DNA of 29,307 nt from Candidatus Zixiibacteriota bacterium (GTDB lineage Bacteria; Zixibacteria; MSB-5A5; UBA10806; 4484-95), in assembly GCA_029932605.1 (NCBI GenBank), contig JAOZPT010000030.1, forward strand, positions 1 to 29,307, in the 5' to 3' direction. Below are positions 18,584 to 27,638 of the stretch, in pieces. The stretch's first letter is position 1. Each line of letters starts with the position of its first letter. A program made the position numbers and the translations under genes. The notes under the pieces are model-generated. The model saw only the letters and a list, made by a program, of their open reading frames with translations. It had not been told where the DNA came from and made no database searches.

Positions 18584-18941
18584 GTTAGAATAGAAACCCT
18601 GATTAAGAAGGGATTAAGACTTAGATATAAAATATAATATCTTCTTTAAATCTTCAACAGTATCGTTAGAATAGAAACCCTGATTAAGAAGGGATTAAGA
18701 CATGTCGCTTATGCTACTTTTTAGCTCAGAATCAACAAGATTGTAAGTTAGAATAGAAACCCTGATTAAGAAGGGATTAAGACAAATTGATGCGAACTTC
18801 ACTTGCATCATATGACTTTGCATATGGTTAGAATAGAAACCCTGATTAAGAAGGGATTAAGACATGCGAACTTCATTGCTACTATACGACTTCGCATATG
18901 CTTGGTTAGAATAGAAACCCTGATTAAGAAGGGATTAAAAG
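18584..18941 (+). CRISPR. CRISPR array, 5 repeats of 37 bp and 4 spacers (44, 45, 43, 41 bp)
   Basis: Repeat GTTAGAATAGAAACCCTGATTAAGAAGGGATTAAGAC at 18584, 18665, 18747, 18827 and 18905 (last one degenerate, ending TAAAAG). CCCT/AGGG stem and 8-nt 3' handle ATTAAGAC. Confidence 0.98.
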
Positions 18942-19059
18942 AGGCTTTGAAAAAAGAACAAAATGGAAAACATACTTCTATTAATTATCTTATATTATGG
19001 CGTGATGTATTTAGATAAATGTTGCAAAAAATGAATCGTTACTCGAAGAAGGTGGACAT

Positions 19060-20343
19060 ATGAAAAGCAAAAAAACTCTGGTTATAAACGTTGGTGGTTC
19101 TCCAGAACCTGTTATCGAAAGCTTAAATACCCATAAGCCCGATGTCATATATTTTATACCATCAACCGAAAGCCAGAACAAAATAGATGAGATTATATCA
19201 CGGGCTTATCCTGATGGTTTTACCGCACAAAGATATAAATTTGTCATCGATGATCATAACAACCTTGTGAGTTGTTACAAACAGTGTTTTAACGTTTTCG
19301 AAGATATCAAAAAGGCCGGCATTTCAGGAAAGGATATTGTGATTGATTTAACTGGCGGCACAAAACAGATGAGTGCGGCACTGGCTTTAGCCGCTACCGA
19401 GCAAGGATTAAAAGTATCCTACGTGGGCGGTGAAGAAAGGACCAAAGACGGCCTTGGCACCGTGGTGAGTGGCACTGAAAAAATCTACTATAGCAGTCAT
19501 CCATTTGATATCTTAGCCAAAACAGAAAAGGAAAGGTTCTGCCATTACTTCAATACCTATCGTTTTACACCAGCTATTGATATCTGCAATTATGTAATAG
19601 ATAAAAGTAGCCAAAGAATGAGTTCCATCTTCAAGTGCTTGAAAAAAATAGCAGAAGGTTATCGGAATTGGGATTTATTTAAATTTGAAAACAGCCTTAA
19701 ATCCATAAACTCTGGTATAAACTGTTTAAATCGTCTGTCGGAATTGTATCAAGAAGATGTTTCAAGATTAAATGATTTTTTAAAACCGATCAAAGAAAAT
19801 GCTAACCAACTCGAGGGAGTACTTAATGCTTCTCCCAAGGAGAGAATAAGTATGGAAACTGTTGAAGAACTGGTTGCCAATGCTCTTCGCCGTGCCGAGG
19901 AGGGTAAATATGACGATGCAGTTGCCCGCCTTTACCGTGCCCTCGAAATGATAGCCCAGAGTCAATTTATAAAAATATATAATCAGAGCACCTCGAAATT
20001 CCCTTACGATAAACTATGCGATGAGCTTAAGGAGAGATATAGTGGAAAAATTGAAAAAGAAAACACAGTTGACCTTGGCTGTTACTCTGCCTATAAACAG
20101 TTAAGTATTGAAGATAATAAATACGGTAAGCTTTTTATGCAGAATGAAATAAAAATAAAATCGCTTCTTGAACAAAGAAACAAATCTATCATGGCTCATG
20201 GGATTACTCCTTTGAGTAAAAAAAAGTTTGAGAATCTGTATGATGAATTTGTTGGTATATTCGGAATCGATGGTAAAAAAATAAAATTTGCCAAACTTGA
20301 TCCATCAGCTTTAATTCCGGTTGGCATTGATTGGGGGAATTGA
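19060..20343 (+). CDS. CARF-HEPN ancillary ribonuclease (TIGR02710/Csm6-like)
   Basis: CARF motifs VGGSPEPV and DLTGGTKQMSAAL; YDDAVARLYRALE; HEPN-type RNKSIMAH. Confidence 0.9.
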   Translation: MKSKKTLVINVGGSPEPVIESLNTHKPDVIYFIPSTESQNKIDEIISRAYPDGFTAQRYKFVIDDHNNLVSCYKQCFNVFEDIKKAGISGKDIVIDLTGGTKQMSAALALAATEQGLKVSYVGGEERTKDGLGTVVSGTEKIYYSSHPFDILAKTEKERFCHYFNTYRFTPAIDICNYVIDKSSQRMSSIFKCLKKIAEGYRNWDLFKFENSLKSINSGINCLNRLSELYQEDVSRLNDFLKPIKENANQLEGVLNASPKERISMETVEELVANALRRAEEGKYDDAVARLYRALEMIAQSQFIKIYNQSTSKFPYDKLCDELKERYSGKIEKENTVDLGCYSAYKQLSIEDNKYGKLFMQNEIKIKSLLEQRNKSIMAHGITPLSKKKFENLYDEFVGIFGIDGKKIKFAKLDPSALIPVGIDWGN

Positions 20344-21308
20344 TGGAAAAATTCCTGCCCGATTTAAATATGCCGGTATTATCAGCCCTAATTAAAGCTG
20401 AGGTAACGCGAGCTATAAAATGGAATTCGTTTCCCGGTAGTGTCATTCATGGAGTTATTGGCTACAAATTGAAAGAACATTCCTGTGTTGTAGCTCACAA
20501 AAATTGCCAGAGTTGTTACCTTGTTCATTCGTGTGCATATGGCATGATTTATGAGTCACCTGTTCCCCAGGGCAGCAAAAGGATGAGATTGTATCCTCAG
20601 GTTCCCCATCCAATCAGGGTTACGGTATATCCCTGGCATAAACCCGAGACAGCAGAAGGTGAAATATTTGAAGTTTGTATCAACCTTTACGGTAAGACTG
20701 TTACAAACTTTTTGTTGGTCCTTTTAAGTCTTGATAGTGCGTTCCAGGAGGGTATAGGCAGAAAATACCGTGGTGAACGAGGAACCGCCAAAATAAAAAC
20801 ATTGCTGGATAAAATCTCCGGCAATGAAAAACCGTGGACAGAATTAAAACAGAATTATTCAAGTTTTATTCATCCGGTAAGTATAAACAGCCTTCAAAGG
20901 GCAACCGTTAAGCAGGAAATTGACCTGTTATTTAAATCTCCGCTAAAGATAACTACAGAAGGCAAGCCTAATTTTAAGCCCGACGTCCGGGACATATTAG
21001 CGACACTTTTAAGGAGAATAAGCAACCTTTCATATTTTTACAACGATAAAGAATTGGATTTAGATTACACAGGAATACTTGCAAAAGCTGAGTCAATAAA
21101 TGTGGAAAAGGATTTGAAGAGAGTAAAGGCAATCCGGTATTCAAGTCGGCAGAATAAAACAATAAGTATCAGCGGCGTAACCGGTAAAATGACAATGAAA
21201 AAATGTCCACCGGATTTGATATCATTATTGGAAATGGGACAATATACAGGTATAGGTAAAAGCACCACAATGGGATTGGGCGATTATGAGGTTATATTTG
21301 GGATTTAA
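20343..21308 (+). CDS. cas6: Cas6 crRNA-processing endoribonuclease (with Cys cluster)
   Basis: C-terminal Gly-rich loop GIGKSTTMGLG, RYSSRQ, Cys cluster C..CQSC....C; TGATG coupling to the CARF gene. Confidence 0.93.
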   Translation: MEKFLPDLNMPVLSALIKAEVTRAIKWNSFPGSVIHGVIGYKLKEHSCVVAHKNCQSCYLVHSCAYGMIYESPVPQGSKRMRLYPQVPHPIRVTVYPWHKPETAEGEIFEVCINLYGKTVTNFLLVLLSLDSAFQEGIGRKYRGERGTAKIKTLLDKISGNEKPWTELKQNYSSFIHPVSINSLQRATVKQEIDLLFKSPLKITTEGKPNFKPDVRDILATLLRRISNLSYFYNDKELDLDYTGILAKAESINVEKDLKRVKAIRYSSRQNKTISISGVTGKMTMKKCPPDLISLLEMGQYTGIGKSTTMGLGDYEVIFGI

Positions 21309-21672
21309 AAGTAGATGAATAAAATATTTTAACAGTTGCAATAATTAGTGTGTAATCTCTATTAATTTTTATGATAGGATTTACTGATATAACATAAATC
21401 GTCACGTTTAGCATCTGATTGTAGTAAACATCATTGGTTCGTTTGTTTGATGTGTTCCCAAAATGAGGGTGCGTGCCATTATTTGATTCAGTGGCGCGAT
21501 GTTTAATAAAATTGGTCAATTTGTCTATTGAAAGTTCTTTACTTTTTCTGTTAAGGCAACTGTTACAATTCAAGTAAACTATTCCCAACGAATCTTGCAT
21601 TGAGTCTTTATCGCCATTAAAGATTCAAGATGCTTGACTATGTAAAGATAGTAGCATCTGCTCAAATTCCAT
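21292..21672 (-). pseudogene. Probable gene remnant with in-frame TGA
   Basis: GAGGAG upstream of ATG 21672; MEFEQMLLSLHSQAS*IFNGDKDS continues in frame into the 102-aa ORF; stop at 21625-21627. Confidence 0.4.
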
Positions 21673-21933
21673 GTCTCCTCATGGTTAAATGTTCATTACA
21701 TTCTTATTCCAGGTTTTGGAGATGAAATGGATTAAAGGAGGTTATTTTAATGAGGTAAACGTGAACATAACGACCTTGATAAAGTATACAATGCATAAAA
21801 GCTATAGATTTTTAATGACTCTAGTTAAAAGCCTAAGAGAAGAAAAAAGCTAACATTTTTAAGACCAGTTTTTATTTAGAAGTTAGATAATACTTCCCTA
21901 CATAAAGAGTAAACTCGAAACCATGATCTTTCC

Positions 21934-21962
21934 TTGACAATACAATTTGGTTAAATTATTCT
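21934..21962 (+). promoter_or_regulatory. Putative sigma70 promoter of the methyltransferase
   Basis: TTGACA-17 nt-TATTCT. Confidence 0.6.
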
Positions 21963-22012
21963 GATTTAAATATAGGTATGTAAGTCTGTGTGACACCTTT
22001 AAGGAGAAAGCC

Positions 22013-22597
22013 ATGAATGATTACGAATTTAAGAAATACGATTTTGAGAGACCCTCCACCTTGTATATTCTTGAAGATATTCTTATGAACATGTTTGGAG
22101 AATCAGTCTTTTACGGTTCGTTTATTAAAACTTTCGGATTAAAGGGAAATGAGAGAGTGCTGGAATTTGGATGTGGTAGCGGAATCGGTTCTCGATGTGT
22201 TGCAAAGAAACTTAGCACAGGCGGATTCCTAACAGGCGTAGATACTTCTGGATATTGGACCAGAAAGGCGAAGAAAAGACTAAGAAAATATAAAAATGTG
22301 GAGATATTAACAGGTGATATAAGAGAATTAGATATACCTGATTTGACTTATGACATTGTATTCGTCACTTATGTTATCCATGATATTGAACCCGAATTAA
22401 GACAGGGTATAATAGATTCCCTCTCCCGAAAATTGAAATATAACGGTTTATTCTTTATTCGAGAACCCATAAAAAAATCTCACGGTATGCCTGCTACGGA
22501 AATACAATCATTGTTATCGAATGCTGGCCTAACAGAGTCAGAGTGTAAAACGACCAAATCAGAATACCGGGGGAAATACTCGAAACACGCACAATAA
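22013..22597 (+). CDS. Class I SAM-dependent methyltransferase
   Basis: VLEFGCGSG motif I, GVD, GDI, YDIVF; AAGGAG Shine-Dalgarno. Confidence 0.9.
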   Translation: MNDYEFKKYDFERPSTLYILEDILMNMFGESVFYGSFIKTFGLKGNERVLEFGCGSGIGSRCVAKKLSTGGFLTGVDTSGYWTRKAKKRLRKYKNVEILTGDIRELDIPDLTYDIVFVTYVIHDIEPELRQGIIDSLSRKLKYNGLFFIREPIKKSHGMPATEIQSLLSNAGLTESECKTTKSEYRGKYSKHAQ

Positions 22598-22881
22598 AAT
22601 TACAGTCAGCAGGTCGGATTCCAAATGAAATACATAAACAGACAAATAACTCCCACTAGAGTTTGTTTAAGACCCCCGTCTATAGAATTAGAAAAAAGAG
22701 TTGAATAATTCGCTAATATGGAGTAGCTTCGCCTATGATTTTATACTGGTAAGTTGTTTTGAGAGAAATTGGGTGTTTAGAGATAAGTAGAATGGTGATT
22801 ACTGTATATCTGATTAGAATTAGTAAACGCCCCTATTTTAAGTTAAGTAGTATAAGGACTTATAAATCCGTGGGAGAATAG

Positions 22882-24864
22882 ATGGGACAGAACTTAATTG
22901 AAAAGATTGCCCAGCTTTTTGCGGTTGGCCTTGAAGATGGCCATATTGTTCGTAGCGGTGATTATCTTTCTATAAAACCAGCTTATGTCATGACTCATGA
23001 CAATACCGGTGCTATTATTCCCAAGTTTAAGGGCATTGGCGCCGTTGAAATAGCCAATCCGCGGCAGGCTGTTTTTACTTTAGACCATAATGTTCAGGAT
23101 AAAAGCGAGAGCAACCTTAAGAAATATGCGAAGATTGAGGAATTTGCTAAAACTATGGGTGTGGATTTTTACCCTGCAGGTCGGGGTATAGGGCATCAGA
23201 TAATGTGTGAGGAGGGTTATGTCTGGCCGGGAACGATGGTTGTAGCATCTGACAGTCATGCCAACATGTATGGAGGTCTGGGTTGCCTGGGAACTCCCAT
23301 CGTTAGAACCGATGCGGCCTCAATCTGGGCTACCGGTATAACCTGGTGGCAGGTTCCACCAGTGGCGAAAGTAAAACTTGAAGGAAAACTTAAGCACGGA
23401 GTAACTGGCAAGGATGTCATTATCACATTGTGCGGCTTTTTCAATCAGGATGAGGTTTTAAATCATGCTATAGAGTTCATCGGTGATGGTATTTCATCTT
23501 TATCTATTGACCAGCGTTTGACAATTTCCAACATGACCACCGAATGGGGTGCTTTAGCGGGTGTTTTTCCGATAGACCAGATCACAATCGATTGGTTGAG
23601 AGAAAGAGCAGATTTTGTAGCCCGACGCGGTTTAGCAGGTGTTCCCTCGGATGCAGACGGCAACGGTAAACATCCACGCCTTAACTTTAATAGAATAGAA
23701 GAGCTCAAAATTAATTCTCTCAAGCCAGACACTGATGCCTTTTATAGTAAGGAGATTATGCTGGATTTAAATACTGTTCGCCCTTGTGTAAGTGGTCCTG
23801 ATCATGTGAAGACTATAACCTCCGTTTCAGAGATACGCAAACGTGATATTAAAATTCACAAGGCTTATCTTGTATCGTGTGTTAACAGCCGGGTTGAGGA
23901 TTTAGCCCAGGCGGCAAGTGTGGTAAAAAATAAAAAAGTGGCAGAGGGTGTTGAATTTTATGTAGCTGCTGCCTCAAGCGAGGTTCAGGCCGAAAGCGAA
24001 AAACGTGGTGACTGGCAGACGCTTCTGGATGCCGGAGCAATACCACTTCCAGCGGGATGTGGTCCATGTATAGGGCTTGGCAGGGGTTTGTTAAAGGATG
24101 GTGAGGTCGGTATATCAGCCACCAACCGCAACTTTAAAGGGCGTATGGGTTCTCGTAAAGCTGAAGCTTATCTGGCTTCTCCGGCTGTTGTTGCTGCCTC
24201 GGCCATTGCGGGTAAAATAGACTATCCTGAGGTGGAAGAGCCCGTCGAGATAATAGGCGATGTTATATCCAGAGAAAAGCCAGCAGGTGAAATCAAGGAG
24301 ATAAAAATACTCGATGGTTTTCCTGAAACCCTCACCGGAGAATTGGTTTTCTGTTACCAGGATAATCTCAATACCGATGGCATTTATCCTGGTAAATACA
24401 CCTATATTGATGATTTCACTCCAAAACAGCAGGCCGAAGTGGTAATGGAGAATTACGACCCTGAATTTTCTAAGATCGTCAAAGGTGGTGACTTTTTAGT
24501 AGGAGGAATAAATTTTGGCACCGGAAGTTCTCGTGAGCAGGCTGCCACGGCCTTGAAATATAAAGGTATTAAGCTGGTTCTTGCCGGCTCGTTTTCCGAA
24601 ACTTATAAGCGTAATGCCCTGAATAACGGTTTTCTGGTAATTGAGACACCTGAGCTTGTTAAGGATTTAAAGGCTAAATTCGGAACGGATAAGTTAACAG
24701 TTAAAACCGGCATCATGGCCACGATAGATTTCAAGAACTCCAGGTTAATAGCAGGTGATAAAGAGTATTCAATAAGCCCTGTCGGAACCGCTGCCCAGGA
24801 GTTGATTATAGTTGGCGGGCTGGAGAATTGGGTGAAGAGGAAGTTGAATATATATTCTCAATGA
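22882..24864 (+). CDS. lysF: Homoaconitase-like aconitase-family protein (fused large and small subunit)
   Basis: MTHDN, GRGIGHQIMCEEG, ASDSHANMYGG, [4Fe-4S] ligands SCVNSR and GCGPCIG, SATNRNFKGRMG, C-terminal swivel domain NTDGIYPG/NFGTGSSREQA. Confidence 0.85.
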   Translation: MGQNLIEKIAQLFAVGLEDGHIVRSGDYLSIKPAYVMTHDNTGAIIPKFKGIGAVEIANPRQAVFTLDHNVQDKSESNLKKYAKIEEFAKTMGVDFYPAGRGIGHQIMCEEGYVWPGTMVVASDSHANMYGGLGCLGTPIVRTDAASIWATGITWWQVPPVAKVKLEGKLKHGVTGKDVIITLCGFFNQDEVLNHAIEFIGDGISSLSIDQRLTISNMTTEWGALAGVFPIDQITIDWLRERADFVARRGLAGVPSDADGNGKHPRLNFNRIEELKINSLKPDTDAFYSKEIMLDLNTVRPCVSGPDHVKTITSVSEIRKRDIKIHKAYLVSCVNSRVEDLAQAASVVKNKKVAEGVEFYVAAASSEVQAESEKRGDWQTLLDAGAIPLPAGCGPCIGLGRGLLKDGEVGISATNRNFKGRMGSRKAEAYLASPAVVAASAIAGKIDYPEVEEPVEIIGDVISREKPAGEIKEIKILDGFPETLTGELVFCYQDNLNTDGIYPGKYTYIDDFTPKQQAEVVMENYDPEFSKIVKGGDFLVGGINFGTGSSREQAATALKYKGIKLVLAGSFSETYKRNALNNGFLVIETPELVKDLKAKFGTDKLTVKTGIMATIDFKNSRLIAGDKEYSISPVGTAAQELIIVGGLENWVKRKLNIYSQ

Positions 24865-24896
24865 GTAAGTAAGATTAGGGAAAAGAGATAAATTAG

Positions 24897-26276
24897 ATGG
24901 AAAAAACCATGGAAAAATCAATTTCAAGGCAGATTTCTGAATTTGCAGTAAAATTAAAATACGAGGATTTACCAGAAAATGTTATAAACGAAGTGAAGCG
25001 TTTTCTTTACGACTCTATAGGTTGCGCCTATGGGGGTTACCATACCAAGGATGTAAATATCCTTCGGGAGATTTATAAAGAGATGGGCGGTAAAAAAGAG
25101 GCAAGCTTAATCGGTTTTGGCGATAAGATGCCAGCAGTAAATGCTACGCTGGTCAATTCTCTTATGATACGGGCATTGGATTTTAACGATATCTACTGGA
25201 AAGAAGATCCCTCACATCCATCGGATTTGATACCGGCGGCACTGGCGGTTGGCGAGATGGTCGATGCCTCCATGAAAGATGTAATAGTGGCTATTGTATT
25301 AGCTTATGAGTTCGAACAGCGTTTGTGTGAATTTGCCGTTCCCGGGGTGCGTGAACGCAAATGGCACCATGCCACGCTGACCCAGTTTGTCTCTCCTATT
25401 GTCGCTGGAAAACTTCTGGGACTTGATGTTGATCGTATGGTTAACGCCATCGGAATTAATGGCTCGCATAATCATACGATAGGCTGTCCCACCGCTGGCC
25501 AGTTGACAATGATGAAAAATACTGTTGACCCGATGGCGGTGCAATCAGGTGTATTTGCGGCTTTGATGGCACAGAAAGGTTTTAGCGGAACCGAGCAGGT
25601 TTTTGAAGGCAAAGAGGGCTTGATGGATGTTTTCGGGCCAGAGTGGGCTATTGAGAAACTGACAGGTGGTCTGGGAAAAGATTATAAAATCCTTCGATGC
25701 AGTATGAAAGCTTTCCCGACCGAGGCGCTCACTCATACTCATATAACGGCTACGTTGAAGGCGGTTAAAAACAACAATATCACTTATGACCAAATTGAGC
25801 AGGTTACAATCACCACCATTGCCCGCGCCTGCGATATACTTTTTGACCCTCAAAAATACAGGCCGAAATCGCGGGAGACAGCCGATCACTCATTGCCATA
25901 CTGTATCGCCGTAGCTTTAGTTGACCATCAGATTACCCCCCGGTCTTTTTCCGAGGAGAAATTAAAAGATAAACGTATCTGGGAGGTAATTGATAAGATA
26001 AAGGGCTCAGCCTCCGAGGAGTTTGAAAAGATGTTCCCCGCCAAACAGCCATCCAGGGTAGTGGTCAAGACCAAGGACGGCAGGGAATTCTCGGAATACC
26101 TTGAGTATCCCAAGGGTGACCCGCGGGAACCGATGACATCAGAAGACCTGGAGGTCAAATTTAATTCGCTTTCCGATGGTCTTCTATCATCGGAAAAACA
26201 GAAAAGGATCAGAGAGAAGATATTTACCTGTGAGAATACAACTGCCAGAGATTTTATGGAAAGTTTAGTTGTGTAG
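24897..26276 (+). CDS. MmgE/PrpD family protein (2-methylcitrate dehydratase-like)
   Basis: IRALDFND, SHPSDLIPA, RETADHSLPY, YPKGDPREPM. Alternative ATG at 24909. Confidence 0.9.
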   Translation: MEKTMEKSISRQISEFAVKLKYEDLPENVINEVKRFLYDSIGCAYGGYHTKDVNILREIYKEMGGKKEASLIGFGDKMPAVNATLVNSLMIRALDFNDIYWKEDPSHPSDLIPAALAVGEMVDASMKDVIVAIVLAYEFEQRLCEFAVPGVRERKWHHATLTQFVSPIVAGKLLGLDVDRMVNAIGINGSHNHTIGCPTAGQLTMMKNTVDPMAVQSGVFAALMAQKGFSGTEQVFEGKEGLMDVFGPEWAIEKLTGGLGKDYKILRCSMKAFPTEALTHTHITATLKAVKNNNITYDQIEQVTITTIARACDILFDPQKYRPKSRETADHSLPYCIAVALVDHQITPRSFSEEKLKDKRIWEVIDKIKGSASEEFEKMFPAKQPSRVVVKTKDGREFSEYLEYPKGDPREPMTSEDLEVKFNSLSDGLLSSEKQKRIREKIFTCENTTARDFMESLVV

Positions 26277-26329
26277 AGATAACATTCTATTTGAGAAAGT
26301 TGTTACAAATACTTTTCTTGATGAAAAAG

Positions 26330-27556
26330 TTAGTTGTTTTTAACGGACGCTTCGTAGCCAATCTTTTTCACAGATTCTATCAGCTTTTCGGTTTCAACAT
26401 CGCCATCGACGACCGCGGTGTTTTCCTCCAGATTAACATTGACTGAATTTACTCCCGTGACATTTTTTAGAGCATTAGTTACATTCGTGGCACAGTGCTG
26501 GCAGGTCATGCCTATTATATTTAACTTTATCCCCATATCCTTTTTCAAGCTGGGTTTTTTCTGGTACTTTTTCTTTAAGTCATGTATCGATAAGTACATG
26601 AAAAGCCCGATTAAAACTATCCCGCTTACAAGCGAAAGCCATCCGTTCTCCGGATTGTGATGAATTATCATTGCCTGCTTGGTATTGATTACGGAATTAA
26701 AGAGTATCCCGAAGAGCATGCTGAAGATAGCTACTGTTGTTAAGTATATAGCCAAGATTCTACCGCCAAAAGCTCTGAGTATTGCCCCAACGGTAGCAAT
26801 ATTTGAGGCAGGTCCGACCATTAGGAAAACCAGGGCTGCTCCTGCGGGCATTCCCGCTGCGATTAAAGAAGCAGCTATCGGCACCGATGCAGTAGCACAA
26901 ACATACAAGGGTAAGGCGATTAGAAGCATAAGGAACATACCACCAACACCGGTTATCCAACCAATATCTGATAGTGTGCCGGGAGGAATTATTATGGTTA
27001 TCAAAGCGGCAATGGCTATACCCAGGATTATCCAGCCGTAAATCATCCCAAGAAGTTCAAAAAGACCAAAACGAATAGCCTCTATTATTTTTGATTTATA
27101 ACTTCGTTTATTGTCGATGCCAGTATTTTGGGTATATTTATAAGTTTGTTTTTTATCGAATATATCGACAAGCTTTCCGCCAATGATGCCTGTCACAGAG
27201 GCGGCGGCCAACTTAAATATGGCAAACGGCCAGCCCAGAAAAGATGCGCTTACCAAAATCGAGTCAACACCTGTCTGGGGTGTGCTTATCAAAAAGCTCG
27301 TTGAGGCTCCATTGGAGGCGCCATCCTGTTTAAGGCCGATGGCAGTGGGAACAACGCCACATGAGCACAAAGGCATGGGAACGCCAATCAAGGTAGCCTT
27401 GATTATGCTTGCTAGACCGTGTCCACCTAAATTTCTGTGCACGAAGCCCATTGGTAGAATTACATGGATAATCCCGGCTATGGCGATACCCAGAAGAAGT
27501 GGAAGCGCAAGATTTAAGACGATAATCCAGAGTTCTGTTAAATATCTTTCAACCAT
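26330..27556 (-). CDS. Permease (ArsP/DUF318, SO_0444-like) fused to a C-terminal HMA domain
   Basis: PLCSCGVVP, FLISTPQTGVDS, PLYVCATASVP; HMA motif GMTCQHC. Confidence 0.88.
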   Translation of the reverse strand: MVERYLTELWIIVLNLALPLLLGIAIAGIIHVILPMGFVHRNLGGHGLASIIKATLIGVPMPLCSCGVVPTAIGLKQDGASNGASTSFLISTPQTGVDSILVSASFLGWPFAIFKLAAASVTGIIGGKLVDIFDKKQTYKYTQNTGIDNKRSYKSKIIEAIRFGLFELLGMIYGWIILGIAIAALITIIIPPGTLSDIGWITGVGGMFLMLLIALPLYVCATASVPIAASLIAAGMPAGAALVFLMVGPASNIATVGAILRAFGGRILAIYLTTVAIFSMLFGILFNSVINTKQAMIIHHNPENGWLSLVSGIVLIGLFMYLSIHDLKKKYQKKPSLKKDMGIKLNIIGMTCQHCATNVTNALKNVTGVNSVNVNLEENTAVVDGDVETEKLIESVKKIGYEASVKNN

Positions 27557-27638
27557 ATCATAAAAAGTAATTCATTTCAGTTAAATATAGTTCCCTTTCC
27601 CTTTTTCGATATTATGAGGTGTATAAATTGGAGGACTA

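Noticed and set aside
18702..18746. Spacer 2 reads exactly ATG...TAA (MSLMLLFSSESTRL*) on the + strand
   Set aside because: Curious, but a single 15-codon instance with no parallel in the other spacers; treated as coincidence.
18803..19018. 71-aa ORF with repeated VRIETLIKKGL
   Set aside because: Translation of CRISPR repeats.
21722..21853. 43-codon plus-strand ORF and an AAGGAGG followed by ATG-AGG-TAA
   Set aside because: Short, no recognisable motif; cannot be told from chance in AT-rich DNA.
22013..22597. Methyltransferase as part of the type III system (SAM-AMP-type signalling)
   Set aside because: Lies about 700 nt from cas6 with its own promoter; the locus has a CARF effector and no CorA/NrN genes.
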